A DNA stretch of 64,000 nt from an uncultured Bacteroidales bacterium (lineage in GTDB: Bacteria > Bacteroidota > Bacteroidia > Bacteroidales > Bacteroidaceae). The stretch covers positions 30,877 through 94,876 of the forward strand of contig CADBXO010000010.1 of NCBI GenBank assembly GCA_902798685.1, written 5' to 3'. Shown here piece by piece: positions 17,436 to 22,999 of this stretch; positions within the stretch are counted from its first letter, which is position 1; every line of letters starts with the position of its first letter. The notes under the pieces are model-generated. The model made no database searches. It saw only the letters and a list, made by a program, of their open reading frames with translations, and was not told where the DNA came from. Position numbers and translations under genes: made by a program.

Positions 17436-17897
17436 ATGAAAAGGATTCTTACATTTCTCAAAGGACATATTAGTGAGGCTGTAATTAATGCAAGGCTCTG
17501 GGAAATAGACAATGTTTTCCAAACAAATGACTGTTTTGATGATGTTCCTAATCAACCCGGAATATATATTCTGGCAGCAAGAAAAACCATGTTCCAATAC
17601 CCTAAAGGCCCGTCAAATGGACTGTCTCCAATTCTTTATATTGGCACGTCTAATCATTTAAAGACAAGGCTTAAACAGCATCTCAAATTATATAAAGAAG
17701 CCAAAGAAGACTTTAATAAATGCACTAAATGGATGTATAGCAGATACAACTATATTGTTGCTTTTGGAGCAGACTTATATTATTTGAGAGTAACCGGATG
17801 TGAAAAAGAAAAAGACTTGGAAAGCAAGGCTATTGAAAGTTTCTATGATACATATGGTGCTCTCCCAGTAGGAAATGGTGCTAACTCTTACCGATAA
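17436..17897 (+). CDS. GIY-YIG nuclease-domain protein
   Basis: PGIYILAA ... ILYIGTSNHLKTRLKQH ... E ... N. These are the GIY, YIG and Arg elements in canonical spacing. Confidence 0.65.
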   Translation: MKRILTFLKGHISEAVINARLWEIDNVFQTNDCFDDVPNQPGIYILAARKTMFQYPKGPSNGLSPILYIGTSNHLKTRLKQHLKLYKEAKEDFNKCTKWMYSRYNYIVAFGADLYYLRVTGCEKEKDLESKAIESFYDTYGALPVGNGANSYR

Positions 17898-17914
17898 CTC
17901 ATTATGAAAACAGT

Positions 17915-18589
17915 ATGGAGAAAGAAAAACTAATAGATGACATCAATACAAAAGGAAGTAATAGTCTTATTTCCATTTGGTACAACATAGGAAGAGCACT
18001 ACCTTTCAGAGCACAAAGATTCCCAGATGGAAGAGTTTCTGACTGGTATAGAAATCAGTTTGTTGAAGTACATAGTGTTAAACCCGGCGGCAAGGGTGGC
18101 ATATATGGACACGCCTATGGTTTTTACTTCAGAAATGGAGTTAGAGCTAATGCCTCTGACCGTGAAAGCAGTTGGTGTAAGATAGATGATACTGAACCCA
18201 AAGAAATACCATGCGGGGCTTGTGGTTCTTGGGTTCTGTTAGATATTCTTGGCGAACCGACGCAGGAGCATACAAAGGTCTATGGATTAAATGACACCTT
18301 GGATTTTGGTAAGCACAAAGGAAAAACGCTGCAAGAGATAATCCGTGATGATTTCCAGTGGATAAAATGGGCACTTGATAATTCTGATCATTTTCATTGT
18401 GATATTGATGCCGTCATAGAAGAGCGGAACAAAACCATAAAAAGATACTATCCTGATGATGTTATTACTTTTGGAAAGTACAATGGACAAACCATCAGAT
18501 ACATCTATGAGAATGACATCAACTATCTACGATGGCTGATGGATAAGGCTGAGGATTTTATTATTGATATTTCAGAGCTGAGAAAATAG
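17915..18589 (+). CDS. Hypothetical protein with two DUF3820-like (FGKxKGxT...W) C-terminal repeats
   Basis: LDFGKHKGKTLQEIIRDDFQWIKWAL and ITFGKYNGQTIRYIYENDINYLRWLM are two copies of the motif. Confidence 0.5.
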   Translation: MEKEKLIDDINTKGSNSLISIWYNIGRALPFRAQRFPDGRVSDWYRNQFVEVHSVKPGGKGGIYGHAYGFYFRNGVRANASDRESSWCKIDDTEPKEIPCGACGSWVLLDILGEPTQEHTKVYGLNDTLDFGKHKGKTLQEIIRDDFQWIKWALDNSDHFHCDIDAVIEERNKTIKRYYPDDVITFGKYNGQTIRYIYENDINYLRWLMDKAEDFIIDISELRK

Positions 18590-18618
18590 CTCTTATTGAG
18601 TACCTAATCAACACTATT

Positions 18619-18849
18619 ATGCTTGAATACGACGATTTTGACTTTCAGGAGCATATGGAAGAGGAACGGGAGCTCAGCCAGCAGCCCAAGCCATCACCTC
18701 AGGGGAACGGTGTTCCTGCCGGTGCCATCGTGGGTGGCATCGTTGCTGTTGCCATTATCGTGCTGGTGATTGTGTTCAGCGATTTCCTGGGTCCCATCCT
18801 GATTGTGGGCGGCGCGGCTTACCTGCTTGCGCGGTGGTTGCTGGGGTGA
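18619..18849 (+). CDS. Small membrane protein (acidic N-terminus, 2 TM)
   Basis: 76-aa ORF in the GC-rich codon style of the host, with AGAIVGGIVAVAIIVLVIVF and ILIVGGAAYLLARWLL. Confidence 0.4.
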   Translation: MLEYDDFDFQEHMEEERELSQQPKPSPQGNGVPAGAIVGGIVAVAIIVLVIVFSDFLGPILIVGGAAYLLARWLLG

Positions 18850-18855
18850 CTTGCG

Positions 18856-18873
18856 AGCGTGCGGGCATCGGCC
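18856..18873 (+). repeat. Copy of the 18-nt motif AGCGTGCGGGCATCGGCC
   Basis: Inverted partner of 1219-1236 (17/18). It lies 46 nt upstream of the 18919 ATG and is followed by a TATCTTTG box. Confidence 0.7.
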
Positions 18874-18918
18874 AAAAACAGTATCTTTGGTGTGACCTAA
18901 TTATTAATCCTTTTCTGT

Positions 18919-19317
18919 ATGAAGAAGTCGTGGAAGATTCTGATAATTGTGCTGGCGGTGCTGGGTGTTATGGCGGCCACTTGTCCGGGCAGGCAGCGTC
19001 ATATTGATGCGCAGTTGAAGTTTATGAGCAAGGCGCTGAACAAGCAGGTTAAGAGCCTGGAGAAGTCTTATAAAGCGGAGTTTAATCAGGAGATGGAGGA
19101 TGAGGGCAAGAGGCTGCTCTCTCAGCTCTCGGAGTCTTTGATTAACCAGATGAGACCTGGCATTGAGCAGGTTTTTGTGACCAGAAACTTTGTTCTTTTC
19201 AGCTTGGGACAGCTTGAGAATGAGACTGAGGGGAAGATGACTGTCAGCGTTGGCTTTCTGGGAATGGTGTTCCTAACTAATAAGAAGGAGTTCAAGACTA
19301 ATGTCAATCTAAATTAG
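18919..19317 (+). CDS. Hypothetical secreted/membrane-anchored protein
   Basis: 132-aa ORF with the N-terminal signal-anchor KILIIVLAVLGVMAATC. Confidence 0.5.
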   Translation: MKKSWKILIIVLAVLGVMAATCPGRQRHIDAQLKFMSKALNKQVKSLEKSYKAEFNQEMEDEGKRLLSQLSESLINQMRPGIEQVFVTRNFVLFSLGQLENETEGKMTVSVGFLGMVFLTNKKEFKTNVNLN

Positions 19318-19406
19318 TGTCATTGGGGGACGGTTCTTGGACAAGCCAAGCGTCTCCTTCGGAGCCGAGCGGACTTCGTCGAGCTAAACCTTCTCTTTGG
19401 TACTAT

Positions 19407-19430
19407 TTGGTGACAGCGGGGACAGATCTC
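19407..19430 (+). repeat. 22-24-nt element TTGGTGACAGYGGGGACAGATCTC (copy 1)
   Basis: Near-identical to 22351-22374. A degenerate copy is at 22901-22923. Confidence 0.7.
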
Positions 19431-19434
19431 TTTT

Positions 19435-19559
19435 AGCGTGCGGGCATCGGGCCCCACTTTTGACTTGGTAGGATACCGGGAATTTGCTATATTTGCTGTA
19501 TCTAATACCAAAGGGTATTCCAGGCTACGTTGTGGTGTTAGGTTGGGATGCCCTTTGTT
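19435..19559 (+). promoter_or_regulatory. Conserved upstream module, copy B: 18-nt motif + TATATTTG -7 box + 5' leader hairpin
   Basis: AGCGTGCGGGCATCGGGCCCC (19435-55), TATATTTG (19488-95), CTAATACC, then hairpin ACCAAAGGGTATTCC / GGGATGCCCTTTGTT (19507-21 / 19545-59). Confidence 0.65.
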
Positions 19560-19594
19560 GTTTGCAGACAATAGTACTATTAAATTGAAATAAC

Positions 19595-20221
19595 ATGAAT
19601 GATCTAGAACCAATTAAGCGCAAAATCTATGAGATTAGAGGGTACAAGGTTATGTTAGATTCTGACCTTGCTGAATTGTACAATGTTGAAACCAAGAACC
19701 TAAAAAGAGCTGTCAGGGCAAACATTGAGCGTTTTCCAGACGATTTTATGTTTGAACTCACAAAAGAGGAGTATGATTCTTTAAGGTGCAAAAATTTCAC
19801 CTTAAAGAGTGAAGAGAATGAAAATGCTTTGAGGTGCAAAAATTTCACCTCAAACAGCGGACGCGGTAAACACAGCAAATATCCTCCTTTTGCATTTACG
19901 CGCGAAGGCATCGCTATGTTATCAGGACTTCTAAGGTCTGAGATTGCTGTCAAAGCAAATATCAATATTATGCGTGCTTTCTTCCAAATGCAGGAAGCAT
20001 TGCAAATAGTTGGTAATACTCAACTGCAAATAGAACAGATCAGATCTGAGATAATGCAACTAAGGGTTGATTTGAACGACATCTTAGCTGACCAAAATGA
20101 CATCAACGAAACAACACGTGCTCAACTTGACGCCATAAGTTCTGCATTAGCTGAATTACAAAGCGATAGGGCCAGGCACACTGGGTGCAACCCTATAGGA
20201 TTCAATGTCCCCAAACAGTGA
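19595..20221 (+). CDS. ORF6N-domain (KilA-N-related) DNA-binding protein
   Basis: IYEIRGYKVMLDSDLAELYNVETKNLKRAVRANIERFPDDFMFELTKEE ... GRGKHSKYPPFAFTREGIAMLSGLL is the ORF6N family pattern. Confidence 0.8.
   Translation: MNDLEPIKRKIYEIRGYKVMLDSDLAELYNVETKNLKRAVRANIERFPDDFMFELTKEEYDSLRCKNFTLKSEENENALRCKNFTSNSGRGKHSKYPPFAFTREGIAMLSGLLRSEIAVKANINIMRAFFQMQEALQIVGNTQLQIEQIRSEIMQLRVDLNDILADQNDINETTRAQLDAISSALAELQSDRARHTGCNPIGFNVPKQ
19780..19854 (+). repeat. Two in-frame 27-nt hairpin units inside the ORF6N CDS
   Basis: TTTAAGGTG-CAAAAATTT-CACCTTAAA (19780-19806) and TTTGAGGTG-CAAAAATTT-CACCTCAAA (19828-19854). The 9-bp stems differ by one compensatory A:T to G:C change. Each encodes LRCKNFT. Confidence 0.85.
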
Positions 20222-20226
20222 GTATT

Positions 20227-20345
20227 AGCGTGCGGGCATCGGGCCCCACTTTTGACTTGGCAAGTTGGCGGGAATTTGCTATATTTGCAGTAACTAATAC
20301 CTGAGGGCGTTCCGCTGGACGTTGGTGTCGGGTTGGGATGCCCTC
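20227..20345 (+). promoter_or_regulatory. Conserved upstream module, copy C
   Basis: AGCGTGCGGGCATCGGGCCCCACTTTTGACTTGG is identical to copy B. TATATTTG lies at 20280-87. The leader hairpin is CTGAGGGCGTTCC / GGGATGCCCTC (20301-13 / 20335-45). Confidence 0.65.
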
Positions 20346-20391
20346 TTGTTTTTGATATCATGATGTATAACCTAATTAATACTTGTTTGTT

Positions 20392-21564
20392 ATGACATTG
20401 AAAGACATTCTTAGTCCTAAGTACAATGATGCTGTCCATCAGATTAAGGCAGCTATTTTGCAGAGTCAGTCTAAGGCTCTTGCTAGTGTTAACCAGGAGC
20501 AGCTTGCTCTTTACTATGGTATCGGCCGGTATATATCCTATAATACCAGAAAGGGGTATTGGGGTAAAGATGCTATTTCTACTATTAGTAAGCAGTTGTC
20601 AATTGCGATGCCTGGGCTTAAAGGTTTCTCTTCTAGTAATCTGAAAAACATGAGACTTTTCTATGAGCAATGGAAATGTTTGGACACCAATTCGTCAGTC
20701 GCAACTGATGAATTGCAAAAAAGTGTAAATTCGCCAGTCGCGACTGGCGAATTGCGAAAAAGTGTAAATTCGCCAGACGCGTCTGGCGAATTAGGCTCAA
20801 ACATCATTACAGCGAACATTCATCATTTAGATATACCCATAGCTGCCTTTTTTAGCATCAGTTTCTCTCACCATATTTTGATACTATCAAAAACCAACTC
20901 TATCCAGGAACGTTATTACTATGTACAATTATGCGCTGACTTAAAATTGAGTCATGAAAAACTGACACGCATAATAGCAGAGGATGCATACCACAATCAA
21001 GGAAAGATGCCAAACAATTTCAGTGCAGCTATTCCTGATGACAAACAAGCGTTCAAAGCCATACAAATGTTCAAGGACGAGTATCTGCTTGACTTTATCA
21101 ATGTTGAACAATTAGGGCAACGTGAAGAGGATATTGATGAACGTGTGATAGAAAATGAGATTGTACACAATATCAGGAATTTCATAATGACTTTTGGTAA
21201 GGGTTTTGCGTATATCGGAAACCAAGTTCATTATGATAAACTTGGGCATGACAGTTGGATTGATTTGCTGTTCTTTAATAGGATTCTTAGGTCACTTGTT
21301 GTGGTTGAACTTAAAAAAGGATCTTTCAAGCCAGGTTATTTGGGACAACTCTCCCACTATCTTCACATCCTTGATGATGATGAGAGGATTGAAGGTGAGA
21401 ACCCACCGTTAGGCATTATTTTGTGCAAAGATGCCGATAAGACTTTTGTGGAATATGTCCTTCAAGATTACCAGCGCCCAATGGGAGTTGCCACTTATAG
21501 AGCTAATCAGGAAAAGCTCAAGCAACTGCTTCCGGATGAGGAAGAAATGAAGAAGTTGCTGTAG
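20392..21564 (+). CDS. DUF1016 / YhcG-family PD-(D/E)XK nuclease-domain protein
   Basis: N-terminal YhcG-like part (LALYYGIGRYI...NLKNMRLFYEQW...SHHILILSK...ERYYYVQL). The C-terminal part, IDLLFFNRILRSLVVVELKKGSFKPGYLGQLSHYLHILDD, is the PD-(D/E)XK core. I prefer the ATG at 20392 to the TTG at 20383. Confidence 0.8.
   Translation: MTLKDILSPKYNDAVHQIKAAILQSQSKALASVNQEQLALYYGIGRYISYNTRKGYWGKDAISTISKQLSIAMPGLKGFSSSNLKNMRLFYEQWKCLDTNSSVATDELQKSVNSPVATGELRKSVNSPDASGELGSNIITANIHHLDIPIAAFFSISFSHHILILSKTNSIQERYYYVQLCADLKLSHEKLTRIIAEDAYHNQGKMPNNFSAAIPDDKQAFKAIQMFKDEYLLDFINVEQLGQREEDIDERVIENEIVHNIRNFIMTFGKGFAYIGNQVHYDKLGHDSWIDLLFFNRILRSLVVVELKKGSFKPGYLGQLSHYLHILDDDERIEGENPPLGIILCKDADKTFVEYVLQDYQRPMGVATYRANQEKLKQLLPDEEEMKKLL
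20689..20792 (+). repeat. Three in-frame 39-nt tandem units, each carrying a 26-bp palindrome
   Basis: Units start at 20689, 20728 and 20767. Unit 2 (AATTCGCCAGTCGCGACTGGCGAATT) and unit 3 (AATTCGCCAGACGCGTCTGGCGAATT) are perfect palindromes. They differ at the symmetric positions 11 and 16. Confidence 0.9.
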
Positions 21565-21590
21565 CCATTTTATTGACGTCAATAAAATGG
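21565..21590. repeat. Perfect 26-bp palindrome CCATTTTATTGACGTCAATAAAATGG
   Basis: Read directly from the sequence. It starts at the first base after the DUF1016 stop codon and has a TGACGTCA core. Confidence 0.9.
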
Positions 21591-21630
21591 TAAACTTGAA
21601 ATGCCAAAATGGCATCTCAAGTTGGGCATA

Positions 21631-21657
21631 TACAAAAGGGATCTGTCCCTTTTGTAC
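21631..21657. repeat. REP-like hairpin TACAAAAGGGATCTGTCCCTTTTGTA
   Basis: Same family as 16895, 22930 and 62349. The loop contains GATCTGTCCC, the reverse complement of GGGACAGATC. Confidence 0.75.
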
Positions 21658-21720
21658 TAAAAATCACATATATCACATATATTTGCTTACTTTGTATGCA
21701 TCAGTAAAAGGGACAAGCTT

Positions 21721-22347
21721 ATGCTAATATTTGAAACATTAAAAAAGGACGAAATCAAGGAGGCCTCCCAGCTGGCCGCCAGAGCATATTTTGATTATAT
21801 CTACATAACCATCTTTTTCCCTGGTGTTAAGGAGCGGCAAAGGGGTTTGGCCCGATTCCTGGCAATAAACAGGAAGGGTAACTTTAAGGTCTCGCATATG
21901 TTGACCGCACGTCTGGACGGCAGGATGGTGGCCGAGGCGGCGCTTGAGCCACCAGGTTACAAGCAGCCATCGGTACTCAAGTTCATACTGAGCGGTTATC
22001 TGAAGATGTATTTTCTTACCAACTGGAAGCATCTGCATGCTTTCCTGGCCAAGGATCAGGAGGCCGGTACCCCATGTCATGATTATCAGAAGAACAATCC
22101 CCATGTATGGTACCTGAGTATGATTGAGGTGGATCCCCCGTTTCACAGCCAAGGCATCGGCACTGAGTTCCTGTCATATCTGGAGGATTACGTTCGCCGG
22201 CACGGGGGTAAGACTATGGTGCTGTTCACCAACAACCGGGAGAACCTGAGTTTCTACACAAAACGCGGCTACCAGGTGTTCAATGAGTTTGAGATTACCC
22301 ATAACGGTCAAACCATGGGCAACTGGAGTCTTAAGAAATTGCTGTAG
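21721..22347 (+). CDS. GNAT-family N-acetyltransferase
   Basis: SQGIGTEFLSYLEDYVRRHGGKTMVLFTNNRENLSFYTKRGY is GNAT motif A/B (Q/RxxGxG/A). Confidence 0.75.
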   Translation: MLIFETLKKDEIKEASQLAARAYFDYIYITIFFPGVKERQRGLARFLAINRKGNFKVSHMLTARLDGRMVAEAALEPPGYKQPSVLKFILSGYLKMYFLTNWKHLHAFLAKDQEAGTPCHDYQKNNPHVWYLSMIEVDPPFHSQGIGTEFLSYLEDYVRRHGGKTMVLFTNNRENLSFYTKRGYQVFNEFEITHNGQTMGNWSLKKLL

Positions 22348-22350
22348 CCA

Positions 22351-22374
22351 TTGGTGACAGTGGGGACAGATCTC
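22351..22374 (+). repeat. TTGGTGACAGTGGGGACAGATCTC (copy 2)
   Basis: 23/24 identical to 19407-19430. Confidence 0.7.
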
Positions 22375-22423
22375 AAAAAATGATTATATTCGCAGTCTCA
22401 ATAATCAATTTCAATAGTGTAAT

Positions 22424-22906
22424 ATGAAAAGATTTCTTTTAGTGTTTGCTTGCCTTGTTTGCGCAAGCGTAATTAAGGCTCAGAACAACATTTCTTATGC
22501 TGAGAATGGAGTGATCTCTTACAACTCCAAGACCGGAAAAGCAACAATAAACGGTGTTGATGTGGCCGATGAGTCATTACAGAAGTATTTTTCGGCCGAT
22601 GACTACAAGCAGTTCAAAAGGGGAAGAACGATTTATACTACCGGCACGGTATTTGGCTGTATCGGCGCCGTTCCGTTTGGCTGGTGTTTAGGAACCATGG
22701 TCGCTGGCGGCGAGGTTAACACCGCAGTTCTCGCGGTCAGCGGAGGAGTGATGGTCGGAGGAATGCTCGTAGCATTATCCGGTCAAAACAAAATGAAGCA
22801 AACCATCAGCAAATACAACGCCACCCTATCCTTCAGCCCCACCGTCACCTTCACCCCCATCAACCCAGATCCCGCACCAGCCCTGGCTCTCCGCCTCACC
22901 TGGTGA
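22424..22906 (+). CDS. Hypothetical exported protein with Gly-rich TM segments
   Basis: Signal peptide MKRFLLVFACLVCASVIKAQ. Hydrophobic segments GTVFGCIGAVPFGWCLGTMVAGG and LAVSGGVMVGGMLVAL. Confidence 0.5.
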   Translation: MKRFLLVFACLVCASVIKAQNNISYAENGVISYNSKTGKATINGVDVADESLQKYFSADDYKQFKRGRTIYTTGTVFGCIGAVPFGWCLGTMVAGGEVNTAVLAVSGGVMVGGMLVALSGQNKMKQTISKYNATLSFSPTVTFTPINPDPAPALALRLTW

Positions 22907-22958
22907 CAAAGAGGACACATCTCAAAATAGTACAATTGGGGCCTGTCCCCTTTTGTAC
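22901..22958 (+). repeat. Composite REP-like element (degenerate 22-mer + hairpin GTACAATTGGGGCCTGTCCCCTTTTGTAC)
   Basis: TGGTGACAAAGAGGACACATCTC, then AAAATA, then the hairpin at 22930-22958, then T-rich sequence. It overlaps the stop codon of the 22424 ORF. Confidence 0.7.
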
Positions 22959-22965
22959 TATTTTT

Positions 22966-22973
22966 TATCTTTG
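22966..22973 (+). promoter_or_regulatory. -7 box TATCTTTG
   Basis: Exact TAnnTTTG 27 nt upstream of the 23000 ATG. Confidence 0.5.
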
Positions 22974-22999
22974 CAACTCCAATTAATAATTGAAATAAG

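Noticed and set aside
19320-19613. Minus-strand ORFs (19320-19613 and 20122-20439) spanning the repeated promoter and leader modules
   Set aside because: They cover sequence repeated as non-coding upstream modules, with -7 boxes and hairpins oriented for the plus-strand genes. Their similarity to each other is explained by the DNA repeat.
20689-20792. Possible mini-CRISPR array (39-nt periodicity, palindromic repeats)
   Set aside because: There are only three units. The 13-nt 'spacers' are nearly identical to each other. The array is in frame inside a conserved CDS, and no cas genes are present in the window.
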